The notes below the pieces were generated by a model. That model was not told the origin of the DNA. It did not search any database and saw only the letters and a program-made list of their open reading frames with translations. Of a stretch of 64,000 nt of DNA, positions 1 through 9,773 are shown one piece after another. The stretch covers positions 32,001 to 96,000 of the forward strand of contig JBFWNS010000006.1 of NCBI GenBank assembly GCA_050250935.1, in the 5' to 3' direction. The position numbers were made by a program, and so were the translations under genes. Numbering within the stretch: the first letter of the stretch is position 1; every line of letters starts with the position of its first letter. Source of the stretch: Candidatus Margulisiibacteriota bacterium. GTDB lineage: Bacteria; Margulisbacteria; Marinamargulisbacteria; JBFWNS01.

Positions 1-1
1 A

Positions 2-514
2 AACGACGACGACAGCAACTTGGAAGAGGTGTTGTTCGAAGGTTATGCCCCCTTTGGTGTGGCCATTTTGGTGGAAACCTTAACCGACAACCGCAATCGA
101 ACCGTTCCCAATTTGCGCTCTATTTTTACCAAATTTGGCGGGTCTTTGGGGGCGAAAGGGTCTGTGGCCTATTTGTTTAACAAACAGGGGATTGTGTTGT
201 TCGAGCCTGGGGTTTCGGAAGAATCCGTCATGGATGTGGCTACCGAAGCGGGTGCCGACGACATCGATACCAAGGCCGATGGCTCCATCGAGGTTTTGAC
301 AGCACCCGAGCAATTGCTGACGGTTAAACAAGCCTTCGACGATCAAAAATTGGTCTATGCCAACGCCGAACTCATGATGATCCCCACCACCTCGGTGGCC
401 CTAGATCTGGAACAATCCCAAAAAATCGCAGCCTTGATCGAAAAGCTCGAAGACGATGATGATGTCCAAAATGTTTACACAAATGCGGACTTGTCCGAGG
501 ACTTTTTTTCCTAA
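2..514 (+). CDS. yebC: YebC/PmpR family protein (5' truncated by window edge)
   Basis: Motifs EGYAPFGVAILVETLTDNRNRT, GSVAYLF, LEDDDDVQNVYTN; frame is open from position 2. Confidence 0.95.
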   Translation, partial: NDDDSNLEEVLFEGYAPFGVAILVETLTDNRNRTVPNLRSIFTKFGGSLGAKGSVAYLFNKQGIVLFEPGVSEESVMDVATEAGADDIDTKADGSIEVLTAPEQLLTVKQAFDDQKLVYANAELMMIPTTSVALDLEQSQKIAALIEKLEDDDDVQNVYTNADLSEDFFS

Positions 515-696
515 GATTGACTTGGAGATTTGTTGGGGCCTGTGCTATATTTTCTACCTGAATTAGGCTCCTGAAACGCCTTTAAAATTGACATGCAAGT
601 TTTTTAAAAAATAGACCGATAATCCTAACTAGAAAACAGGCTGCCGGAACCCTCCCCCCCAACGAGACTCCGGCGGCTTGCAGGAAACCCCAAGTC

Positions 697-3600
697 TTGA
701 TAATCACACCTAAATCCCCAAAAACTGCTTTCTTGTTTGCCTTGTTTTGCTGTTTATTTGCAGTGTTCAGCACCCCTGTGTTTGCGGATTTAACCATAAC
801 CCAGACCAGTGTGGGGGCCGCTACAGCGCCGCGGGGCTCGACTTCTGGATTGTTGACCTTTACGGTTACGGCCACCAATGGGGCAGAAACCATTCAGTCC
901 ATCACCGTTCAAAATAATGCCAAGACAGTCCTTTATGGCCAAGGGGTTACTCGGGTTTCCGTTTTTAAGGATACGGATTCTGATTTTTTCCTGACCTCTG
1001 CAGACGGAAGTGCCAAGGGTTTTCAGTCCTTTAGTGGCGGCCTTGCTAGTTCTCAGCAAGTCATCATTAACATGAACAGCGAAGCCATCCCTAGTGGCAG
1101 TTCGGCAACCTACATTATTGCTTATGATATCGATCCAGCCGCAACATTGGCTGCAACAACAAACGTGTCGTTGATTAGCGTGCTGGGGAGTAATGCGACG
1201 GCAACCTTTGGGACTGTTTCCACAGGCAATACCCAAACCATTTCGGGCATAGCCTCTTTGGCAGCCGTTAGTATTGCCCCAGCAGTGGTATTGCCCGGTC
1301 AAACCGATGTGGGCATGATGAAGGTTACAGTTCGGCCCTCTGGCGAAAATATTTTGAATATCTACGAGTTGAAAGTCCTAAACGACAATGCCAATTTTGC
1401 CCAAAACTCATCTTTGAATGGGGTCACCAAGGCCTATTTGTATTTGGACCGGTTTGGAGAAGGGACTTTCGATCATAATTTTTTACCGGATGGTTCAGAA
1501 GATCCCAATAACGATATTAAAATTCAAACCATTTCGTCTTTTTCCTCTTCGTCCAACATCACCTTTTCGGGCTTGTCCGAGAACACGGTTTTGAACTTTG
1601 CCGACGGGGTTACCCAAAATTTATTTGTCGTTTACGATTTTGGCAGCGATTTTACGGTGACCACCGATACTTCTGTAAAGGCCCAAATGGTTTCGTTTTC
1701 GGGAAAGGGCGACACCTCTCGGGTGACGATGAATTCCACGGTCGGCAGTAAGCCAGATCCTGCGGCTTCGACCTATGTTGGGGGTCTGATTTACAGCGAT
1801 GTTCGCAGTATCGTGCCCTCGGGCAGTTTGTTTGGCCAAGAGTCGTTTATTCCCATTTTGTCCTTCCAGTTAAAAGGCAGTCATACGGCTGTTACGGTTA
1901 ACACCATTTCGATTCAAAACACCGGCACCGTTGGGTTTAACACGACCCAAGGCGGGGTTACCAACATTGTTCAGGCGCAGTTGTATTTGGATTCCAATGG
2001 CAACGATGCCTTTGATGGCGAAAATTCTGTGGACTCTAAAATTGGCGATTTTACCTTGGGTTCTGGTAATACCAGTTCTTTGGTGACCATTCCCATTTCC
2101 TCGAGTTTGCTGATTGCGACCTATAACTCTACTTCGGGTGTAGAATACCCCAACAACAACGCCAAGCGTATTTTTGTAACCTATCGCATTGGAACTCAGG
2201 TGACCGAGACCAAGAGTGCTTCGGGGAACATTACTTCGTATGCCAATGCGCTGCTTTACAATGCGGTGGGGTCTAGCAACATTGTCAGTTCCCTGAATCT
2301 GACCCTTCGGGGGACTTTGCCGGTGACCACAACCAATGCAACCGTTAGCTTGCAGATTGTTAATTTGCGTGGGCTGACCTTCCAAGATATCACCCCCAGT
2401 TTTGCGGTTCGTGGGGCCATTAAGGTTCCAATGTTGTATACACAATTGAAGTCCGAAGAAGATTTTCCTTCGGTTGCCGTTCGCATTAAAAACAATAGCG
2501 CCACCTATTTGACCAATAACACCGGGGTTAACCGGGTTTGGATTTACAAAGATGCTGTGCCTACCGGAAGCTTTGGTTCGGAAGATACCTTTTTGGGTTC
2601 GGCTTCAACCTATTCCAATTCCAGCGAAGTGGTGATTCCAGGCATTACCCTAACAACAGGCTTGAACGATCTATTGGTACTGTACGATGTGGGGCAGTTG
2701 TCGACCATTGCCACAAGTTCCAATGCAACCGTCAGGGCTCAGTTTGAAGATGTCACGGGTCTGAGTGTGGCCACTGTTACCTTTGGTGGGGAAGTGCCCA
2801 ATCCGCTGGAAGCCAAGCTGGGTGTCATTAATTCCTATTTGTCTTTGCCTTCCATTTCCTCGGATTTTGACAATAATTCGGATGGTAAATCGACTTTCAA
2901 TGTCACAATGGTGATTCAAAACAATTCGGCATCCCCAGTGTCCCTGTCCGATTTTTCGCCCCGTTTCTATTTGAGTTCAACTTCCGGTAAAGATATTTCT
3001 TATGAGTTTGATACGATTTTATCTCAGGTGGATGGGCAACCTTTTGTGTCGTTGCCTGTGACAGTGAATGCTTCGTCAAGTTCGACTTTCAATTTTCAAG
3101 TAAAGCATGCCCGTTTGGATTCTGAAGGCACGGTTTTTATGGATGGGTTTGGAACTTATGCCGTTTCTTCTACCTTGAATGCCGTGGTGAGTCGTTACCA
3201 AACCAGCTCGGGCTGGGTGTTGGCGGCAGCTTCTGCGCCTCAAATTAATGTCACAACCAACAAGGTTAAATACAGTTGGACCCTGCCGAACTACATTGCC
3301 TCCATGAAATATGGTAGTTCAGAATTGGGATATAAAACCTTTGTGAATGGAGATGCCATTCCAGCCAACAGCCGGTTGACCCTTATTTTTCAAGATTCGG
3401 GGCAAAACATCGACGAATCGAGCTTGTCTTTTGTGGTCAAAGGGACAACGTTGTCTTTGAATGCCAGCGACAATGCCTCTCGTTATTCTTATGACAGAAC
3501 CACAGGAACTGCTGTGCTTTATAATTTGGGAACCTCCGATGGCACGGTGGTTTTGAACGCCAACGATTTGAGCGGAAACCCCTTGGATACGGCCTATATT

Positions 3601-3909
3601 TCCTATTTGGTGTCCGATGTGGTTCGGATCAAAGATGCCTTGTTTTACCCCAACCCCTATCGCATTGGTGTCGAGCCGTTGGTGCTTGGGTTTAACATTA
3701 CACGCCCAGCAACGGTTCAGGTTTATTTGTACAACTTTCTGGGCTACGAGGTGTGGCGGTCTTCTCAGGATTTTTCTTTGGGCTATAACACCTTTAACTT
3801 TGGAACGGTTAGTGACTTTCTGACTTCGGGGACCTTTATTTGTAAAATCATTGCGACAGACAACCAAGGCAACAAATCCATGGCCGTGGCAAAATTGGCG
3901 ATCTACTAA
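697..3909 (+). CDS. Large secreted S/T-rich repeat protein with C-terminal T9SS type A-like/FlgD-Ig domain
   Basis: Signal peptide ending PVFA; four ~160-190 aa repeats; C-terminus FYPNPY...VQVYLYNFLGYEV...GYNTF...LTSGTFICKI. Confidence 0.75.
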   Translation: MIITPKSPKTAFLFALFCCLFAVFSTPVFADLTITQTSVGAATAPRGSTSGLLTFTVTATNGAETIQSITVQNNAKTVLYGQGVTRVSVFKDTDSDFFLTSADGSAKGFQSFSGGLASSQQVIINMNSEAIPSGSSATYIIAYDIDPAATLAATTNVSLISVLGSNATATFGTVSTGNTQTISGIASLAAVSIAPAVVLPGQTDVGMMKVTVRPSGENILNIYELKVLNDNANFAQNSSLNGVTKAYLYLDRFGEGTFDHNFLPDGSEDPNNDIKIQTISSFSSSSNITFSGLSENTVLNFADGVTQNLFVVYDFGSDFTVTTDTSVKAQMVSFSGKGDTSRVTMNSTVGSKPDPAASTYVGGLIYSDVRSIVPSGSLFGQESFIPILSFQLKGSHTAVTVNTISIQNTGTVGFNTTQGGVTNIVQAQLYLDSNGNDAFDGENSVDSKIGDFTLGSGNTSSLVTIPISSSLLIATYNSTSGVEYPNNNAKRIFVTYRIGTQVTETKSASGNITSYANALLYNAVGSSNIVSSLNLTLRGTLPVTTTNATVSLQIVNLRGLTFQDITPSFAVRGAIKVPMLYTQLKSEEDFPSVAVRIKNNSATYLTNNTGVNRVWIYKDAVPTGSFGSEDTFLGSASTYSNSSEVVIPGITLTTGLNDLLVLYDVGQLSTIATSSNATVRAQFEDVTGLSVATVTFGGEVPNPLEAKLGVINSYLSLPSISSDFDNNSDGKSTFNVTMVIQNNSASPVSLSDFSPRFYLSSTSGKDISYEFDTILSQVDGQPFVSLPVTVNASSSSTFNFQVKHARLDSEGTVFMDGFGTYAVSSTLNAVVSRYQTSSGWVLAAASAPQINVTTNKVKYSWTLPNYIASMKYGSSELGYKTFVNGDAIPANSRLTLIFQDSGQNIDESSLSFVVKGTTLSLNASDNASRYSYDRTTGTAVLYNLGTSDGTVVLNANDLSGNPLDTAYISYLVSDVVRIKDALFYPNPYRIGVEPLVLGFNITRPATVQVYLYNFLGYEVWRSSQDFSLGYNTFNFGTVSDFLTSGTFICKIIATDNQGNKSMAVAKLAIY

Positions 3910-6164
3910 TGAAAAAACTAAGCCTGTCTTTGCTGATGGTTTTGATGGTTCTGATGGTTTTTCAAAGCATCACGGCACAGACCGTTCGGTCCATTGCCAA
4001 CCCCCAACTCAATATGGTGGGGGCCCGGGTGATTTCCCTTGGCGGCACCAACCCTGTGGTGGGTGGCGATATTAACAGTGTCATGATCAATCCCTCGGCC
4101 ATTGCGGGTATCGAGTCCATGCCCTTGGCTGTGTCCAGTCAGCGTGTGATTGGGTTTTTTGACAATAAGCTCATCAACTTTAGTTTGCCTTTCGAGATCG
4201 CACTTCCCATCAACGAAAAAACGGTGTTTCAAAAATTTACAGTAGGCATTTCTTATGGCTCTAATGCTTTGGACGGCATTCCTAAAACCACTTCGGAAGA
4301 CCAACGGGTTCGCCAAATTGGGGATTTTTCTTCTGGGTTTAATGTGTTGCAGGCCAGTGCTGCGACTTCCTTTTATGATGTTTTTGGATTCAAAATCTTG
4401 TCGCCGGGTGCTGCCCTGAAGTGGGTGAATCAATATGTCGATTCAAAATCCAGATCAGCACTGGGTTTGGATGTGGGTTTAATGGGAACCTACCAGGTGA
4501 ATTATCCGTTTATTGATAATGTGCATATCGGAGCATCGGTTTTGAATTTGGTGGCCACGCCCTTGGTCTGGAACGACACCAAAGACGAAGCGTCTTTGCC
4601 CACCCAGTTTTTTGTGGGTGGCCGTGTGGACATGTTCGACGAAACCTTGGCTTTGTTTGCCCACAATGCCGTGGGTGGCTTTTCGGTTGGGGCAGAATAT
4701 TTGCTTCAAAACAGTTTGGTGTTTCGGGGCTCCACCGATTTAAAACGACTTTCTTTGGGGACAGGTCTTAAATTCGAAAATGTCGCGGGCTTTGGCTATA
4801 ACAGCTACAGTGTTCGCTTGGATTATAGCTATACCCAAAACCCAGCGCCTTTTGAAAACGATCCCAATCACGTTGTGTCGTTGTCGGTGTTGGGCGAAAC
4901 CCGACCCCAGACACCGAAGTTGTTAACCCCTGCCACCGACACCATTCTTACTCAAGACAAAACCATCAATTTGGGGGGAATTGGGCCTCGTAACACCACG
5001 ATTCAAATTTACAACAATGGGTCCATGTCCAGATCCTTAAACACCAATCGGGTGGGGAACTGGACCTTTGACAAATTCCCCTTGGCAGAAGGCCAGAACG
5101 TGATTTTTGTTCGGGCTTTTTCTTTGGAATCGGATGCGTCGTTTGATTCTCAAAAAATCACGGTAACGTCGGATACCCTTCCCCCATCTTTAGACATCAA
5201 AATATTGCCCGAAGACAAAGTGATTCGTGTGGTGGTGTCCAGCGACGAGGATTTGAATCAGTTAAATGCCACTATCGAAGACAATCGCCTGCGTTTCTAC
5301 AAAAACCGGGATTATGTTTGGGAAGCCGAAATTCCTTTGCCAGAGTCTATGGTGAACAATTCCCGTTTGAATCCAACCAAAATGCAAAGTTTGCAGGTTT
5401 TTGCTCGGGATAAAGTGGGCAACCAAGGTCCCATTCAACAACTGCCCTTCTTTATGACGGTGGATTTCCCTTCAGATAAATATGTACATTACAAAGAAGA
5501 TCTTCGCTTTATCGGGGAATCTTCCAAAATGGTTAAAAATCTTTCTATCGACGATACCCCTGTGTATGTGGATTCTGAAAATAAATTCCAAGCCACCAAG
5601 CGGCTTCGTCCCGGCAAAAATTTGGTTAAGGTCTTCATGACGGGCCTTAACGACAAGGTCTTTACCTATACCTTAAGAATTTTAAGGTTAAAAACTTTCC
5701 CAGATTTGGATAAACGGGTTAAAGAGCGGCGAGAAATCGAATTTTTGGCCACCTTGGATGTACTCGATGGTGAGCCAGATGGGAATTTTTATCCCGATCG
5801 TCCTGTGACCCGCATGTATATCACCCGATTGATGGTGCGCATGTCTAAAGTACCGTTGCAAAAAGTAACGGCTGATTTGTTCCCTGATGTTCCCAAAGCC
5901 TATCCTGGTGCCCAATACATTCAGGCTGCAATTCAAAATGGTCTGATCTTTGCTTATCCCGATGGAACCTTTAAACCTGATCAGCCCCTAACCTTGTCCG
6001 AGGTTGGGTTCTTGCTCAGCAATGCTGGCATCATTGGCGATGAAGAAGTCACCAAAGAAAACCGGCCTATAACCCGAAAAGAATTGGCCTTGTTTTTAGC
6101 CTATAACCCCAAATTCGAAGCCCGAATTGATACCCTTATCGACTGGGAAAAAGGGTATAAATAG
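3909..6164 (+). CDS. PorV/PorQ/FadL-like outer-membrane barrel fused to Ig-like and C-terminal SLH domains
   Basis: Signal peptide; GARVISLGG...GDINSVMINPSAIA; amphipathic strands ending RLDYSY; Ig motif GNWTF...LAEGQN; SLH repeats FPDL...DGNFYPDRPVTR and FPDV...DGTFKPDQPLT; TAATG coupling to the upstream gene. Confidence 0.75.
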   Translation: MKKLSLSLLMVLMVLMVFQSITAQTVRSIANPQLNMVGARVISLGGTNPVVGGDINSVMINPSAIAGIESMPLAVSSQRVIGFFDNKLINFSLPFEIALPINEKTVFQKFTVGISYGSNALDGIPKTTSEDQRVRQIGDFSSGFNVLQASAATSFYDVFGFKILSPGAALKWVNQYVDSKSRSALGLDVGLMGTYQVNYPFIDNVHIGASVLNLVATPLVWNDTKDEASLPTQFFVGGRVDMFDETLALFAHNAVGGFSVGAEYLLQNSLVFRGSTDLKRLSLGTGLKFENVAGFGYNSYSVRLDYSYTQNPAPFENDPNHVVSLSVLGETRPQTPKLLTPATDTILTQDKTINLGGIGPRNTTIQIYNNGSMSRSLNTNRVGNWTFDKFPLAEGQNVIFVRAFSLESDASFDSQKITVTSDTLPPSLDIKILPEDKVIRVVVSSDEDLNQLNATIEDNRLRFYKNRDYVWEAEIPLPESMVNNSRLNPTKMQSLQVFARDKVGNQGPIQQLPFFMTVDFPSDKYVHYKEDLRFIGESSKMVKNLSIDDTPVYVDSENKFQATKRLRPGKNLVKVFMTGLNDKVFTYTLRILRLKTFPDLDKRVKERREIEFLATLDVLDGEPDGNFYPDRPVTRMYITRLMVRMSKVPLQKVTADLFPDVPKAYPGAQYIQAAIQNGLIFAYPDGTFKPDQPLTLSEVGFLLSNAGIIGDEEVTKENRPITRKELALFLAYNPKFEARIDTLIDWEKGYK

Positions 6165-7072
6165 TGTCTGCTGCTATTACCATTTCTGGTCTTAAAAAAG
6201 TTTATTCCAATGGTTTCGAAGCGCTAAAAGGCATTGACCTGGTTGTGGAGCAAGGCGATTTTTTTGCTTTGTTGGGACCCAATGGGGCTGGCAAATCCAC
6301 CACCATCGGTATTTTGTGTGGACTTACCAACAAAACCGAAGGTCAGGTTCAGATTGGGGGCCATTCAATCGATGCCAATCCCATGGCTGCGAAATTGCAG
6401 TTGGGTGTGGTTCCTCAGGAATTTAATTTCAGTATTTTCGAGCCTTGTATTCAAATTGTGGTGAATCAGGCAGGCTATTATGGGGTTCCCAAGGCCGTTG
6501 CCGAAAAGCGGGCCGATGCCCTGTTTGCCCAGCTGGGGTTAACCGAAAAACGCAATGTTGCGGCAGGTAAGCTGTCTGGTGGGCTTAAGCGACGCTTAAT
6601 GATTGCCAGGGCTTTGGTGCATCAACCCAAAATCTTGATTTTGGACGAGCCAACCGCTGGGGTCGATATCTCCCTTCGCCGTTCGATGTGGACCTTCTTA
6701 GAGGCCCTAAACAAAGAGGGCATGACCATTATTTTGACCACACACTATTTGGAAGAAGCCGAAAGTTTGTGTAAAAAAATCGCCATTATCGACCAAGGGA
6801 CCATCATTCAAAACACCACCATTTCGGCTTTGTTAAATCAGCTGAATTCTGAAACCTTTGTCTTGTATCTGTCTGCCCCAGTCTCGGGGTTGTCTTTGCC
6901 GGGTTATGGGGTGGTTCAAACCGATGCCCAAACCTTCGAAGTCGAAGTTAATCGCGACCAAACCCTGACCGATTTAATGAGCCACCTGACGGCCCTGGGC
7001 ATCGTGGTGGATCGCGTCAAAAATAAATCCAATCGATTGGAAGAACTGTTTATAAAGTTGGTGAAAGCATGA
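6164..7072 (+). CDS. ABC-2 type transporter ATP-binding protein (YadG-like)
   Basis: Walker A GPNGAGKST, signature LSGG, Walker B ILDEP, H-loop TTHY. Confidence 0.93.
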   Translation: MSAAITISGLKKVYSNGFEALKGIDLVVEQGDFFALLGPNGAGKSTTIGILCGLTNKTEGQVQIGGHSIDANPMAAKLQLGVVPQEFNFSIFEPCIQIVVNQAGYYGVPKAVAEKRADALFAQLGLTEKRNVAAGKLSGGLKRRLMIARALVHQPKILILDEPTAGVDISLRRSMWTFLEALNKEGMTIILTTHYLEEAESLCKKIAIIDQGTIIQNTTISALLNQLNSETFVLYLSAPVSGLSLPGYGVVQTDAQTFEVEVNRDQTLTDLMSHLTALGIVVDRVKNKSNRLEELFIKLVKA

Positions 7073-7842
7073 TGATTCGCATTCAATGGATTGGCTTTAT
7101 TACCCTGGTTCGAAAAGAATTGATTCGGGTCTTTCGCATTTGGACCCAAACCCTATTACCGTCTGTGATGACAACCACCCTGTATTTTTTGATTTTTGGT
7201 CGGTTTATTGGCTCTCGAATTGGACAGCTTCACGATGTGTCTTACATTCAGTTTATCGTCCCGGGCTTGATTATGATGGCTGTGATTACCAATGCCTATG
7301 CCAATGTGTCCTCGTCGGTGTTTAGCGCGAAGTTTCAGCGCAATATCGAAGAATTGTTGGTGTCGCCCCTGTCTTCGGGGACGATTTTAATGGGCTATTT
7401 GGGCGGCGGTATTTTACGGGGTATTATTGTTGGGGTTTTGGTGACCCTGGTGTCGTTGTTTTTTTCTCCCTTGCATTTTGTGCATCCCATTTTGGTGGGG
7501 GCCACTATTGTTTTAACCTCGTTTTTCTTTTCGATTTGTGGGTTTTTAAATGCCACCATTGCCAGAAAATTCGATGATATCTCGATTATTCCCACCTTTG
7601 TTTTGACGCCGTTGACCTATTTGGGCGGGGTGTTTTATTCCGTGAAATTTTTACCTGAATTTTGGCAGAAAGTGTCCCTGCTGAATCCCATTTTCTATTT
7701 GGTGAATGTGTTTCGATATGGGTTTTTGGGCATTTCTGACGTTCCGGTAACCGCGGCCTTTGGTGGGTTCTTTGCCTTGACTGTGGCCCTCTGGTTTTTG
7801 GCCTATACCTTGCTTAAACGCGGGTTTGGGATGCGAAACTAA
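7069..7842 (+). CDS. ABC-2 type permease (YadH-like)
   Basis: RIWTQTLLP, FIVPGLIMM, PLTYLGGVFYS, NPIFYLVN; about six TM segments. Confidence 0.93.
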   Translation: MMIRIQWIGFITLVRKELIRVFRIWTQTLLPSVMTTTLYFLIFGRFIGSRIGQLHDVSYIQFIVPGLIMMAVITNAYANVSSSVFSAKFQRNIEELLVSPLSSGTILMGYLGGGILRGIIVGVLVTLVSLFFSPLHFVHPILVGATIVLTSFFFSICGFLNATIARKFDDISIIPTFVLTPLTYLGGVFYSVKFLPEFWQKVSLLNPIFYLVNVFRYGFLGISDVPVTAAFGGFFALTVALWFLAYTLLKRGFGMRN

Positions 7843-7868
7843 GCTTTTTTTAACCATAAGGGATACCA

Positions 7869-8879
7869 ATGTTTTCACAAGCTAGTAAAGTCTGTGGCCT
7901 GGGTCTGATTTGTGCGATGGCGTTGGTATTGGGATGTGGAAGCACGGTGTCTGCTGCATCGGTGCAGCCTTTGGATTATGGAGTTCCCTCGAATTGGGCG
8001 GCATTGCCAGGAAAAGACAGTGGCGCCAGTTTTGTGCCCGATGGGTATACCGTTGCGGGGGCTTCGGCTGGGGTCGATCTTTTTTATCTGTATCCAACGT
8101 GGTATGAAGGGCCAGAACCCAACGCAGAAATCGACAATCCAGATACCCAAGATGTTGTGGATTTTATGCTGAAGACCCAAGCCAGTGCCTTTAATGGCTG
8201 TGCCCAAATTTATGCACCGTATTATCGGCAAATTTCACTTCAAGGGTTTGATACCGGGGCCTATTCCAAGGCGCAACGTGCAGCCTTCGCCGAAAAAGCC
8301 TATGGGGATGTCAAAGCGGCTTTTGCGTATTATCTGGCACACCATAACCAGGGTCGTCGGTTTTTTATCTTGGGGCATAGCCAAGGAAGCCAGATGGCGG
8401 TTCGATTAATCAAAGAAACCCTGGATGGAACCCCCCTTCAAAAGCAGTTGATCTGCGCCTATCTGATTGGGGAACGGGTGGGAACCCAAACCTTTTCTGT
8501 GCTCAAGCTGGGGCAGACGCCGACCGAGAATCAATGTTTTGTGTCCTATGCCACCTTTGAAGAAGGGGCAGACCCAGGGCGATCCTCCTTTTTGACGGGT
8601 GCCTATTTGAAGGGCAGTCCCTTGTGTGTGAATCCTTTTACCTGGACGGCAACGTCGGCTTCTCAAAAACCAACGGTTGCTTCGGTTGGACTTCAAGAAG
8701 ATTTGGTCTTGGTTCAACAGCCCATCGAAAAAGCCAGAGTGGCCAAGGGGGTATTGTTTATTACCCACCCGCGTGGCGAATTCGATGCGGATGGTAAAGA
8801 CTATCACTTGTCCGACATCAACCTGTTTTGGGGGGATATCCGCGCCAATGCCCAGTTGAGAGCTGCACAGACCCCATAA
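7869..8879 (+). CDS. DUF3089-type alpha/beta hydrolase, probable lipoprotein
   Basis: Lipobox VLGC; DLFYLYPT, QASAF, YAPYYRQ, nucleophile motif GHSQG, CVNP. Confidence 0.85.
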   Translation: MFSQASKVCGLGLICAMALVLGCGSTVSAASVQPLDYGVPSNWAALPGKDSGASFVPDGYTVAGASAGVDLFYLYPTWYEGPEPNAEIDNPDTQDVVDFMLKTQASAFNGCAQIYAPYYRQISLQGFDTGAYSKAQRAAFAEKAYGDVKAAFAYYLAHHNQGRRFFILGHSQGSQMAVRLIKETLDGTPLQKQLICAYLIGERVGTQTFSVLKLGQTPTENQCFVSYATFEEGADPGRSSFLTGAYLKGSPLCVNPFTWTATSASQKPTVASVGLQEDLVLVQQPIEKARVAKGVLFITHPRGEFDADGKDYHLSDINLFWGDIRANAQLRAAQTP

Positions 8880-9773
8880 TCAGCCGCGGGGGTGGGCCGT
8901 TTTGATGGTTTTGGCCAGATGGTCGGTACTGACGTGGGTGTAAATCTGGGTGGTGTTGAGGCTGCTGTGCCCCAAAAGCTCTTGAATGGCCCGTAGATCG
9001 GCTCCGCCATTGTACAAGGCTGTGGCAAAGGAATGCCGTAGAACGTGAGGGGTCACATCGACTGGAAGATCGGCCAGCTGGCCCTGGGTTTTAACCATGG
9101 TTTGGATGCTGCGAACAGAGAGTCCTTGGCCTTTTTGGTTCAAAAAAACCACATCGGTTTCGCCTTGAGGATCCCAGTTCGCCCTGCATTGCGACAGATA
9201 TTGGCACATCCATTCACAAGCAGGATCTCCAAAAATGACGATGCGTTCTTTACCGCCTTTCCCTTTAACGAGAGCTTCTTTGTCGTCGAGTCGAAGGTCT
9301 TGAAGTCGAAGGGCTGCCAATTCGGAAACCCGAAGCCCTGTGGCGAAGAGCCATTCACACAGGGTTCGATCTCGAATGCCGACCAAGGTGTTGGTGTCGA
9401 AACTGGCCAGTAAGCGCAACACCGCGTCTACCGATAGGGTGGTGGGTAAGGTTTTGGCAAGCTTTGGGGTCCGAATGCCCAGCCAAGGATTTTGATGTGC
9501 TTGGTCTGTGGCCAAAAGAAATTTCCAAAACGAGCGTAAACAGGCGATTTTTCGTGCAATCGATTTGGGCTTAAACCCAGACTGGTGCAGGTGGCTGATA
9601 TAGTGCCGACATCCCCGGCTGTCCAAAGCGGCAAGTGGTTGATCGTGGTTGCCCACAAAATCGAAAAAATGCTGAATATCGCGTTTGTAGTTGCTAAGGG
9701 TATGGATAGAAAAAAGGCGCTGGGTTCTAAGGTGATCCAAAAAGAATTGGCTTTGGGCCTCCCACGGGCTCAT
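8880..9773 (-). CDS. xerC: Tyrosine recombinase XerC/XerD family
   Basis: TGLRVSEL, GKGGKER, TPHVLRHSFAT, LLGHSSLNTTQIYTHV. Confidence 0.88.
   Translation of the reverse strand: MSPWEAQSQFFLDHLRTQRLFSIHTLSNYKRDIQHFFDFVGNHDQPLAALDSRGCRHYISHLHQSGFKPKSIARKIACLRSFWKFLLATDQAHQNPWLGIRTPKLAKTLPTTLSVDAVLRLLASFDTNTLVGIRDRTLCEWLFATGLRVSELAALRLQDLRLDDKEALVKGKGGKERIVIFGDPACEWMCQYLSQCRANWDPQGETDVVFLNQKGQGLSVRSIQTMVKTQGQLADLPVDVTPHVLRHSFATALYNGGADLRAIQELLGHSSLNTTQIYTHVSTDHLAKTIKTAHPRG

Noticed and set aside
8880..9773. Tyrosine recombinase as a prophage or island integrase
   Set aside because: Size and motifs fit housekeeping XerC/D, the neighbours are core genes, and it is 13 kb from the tRNA repeats.
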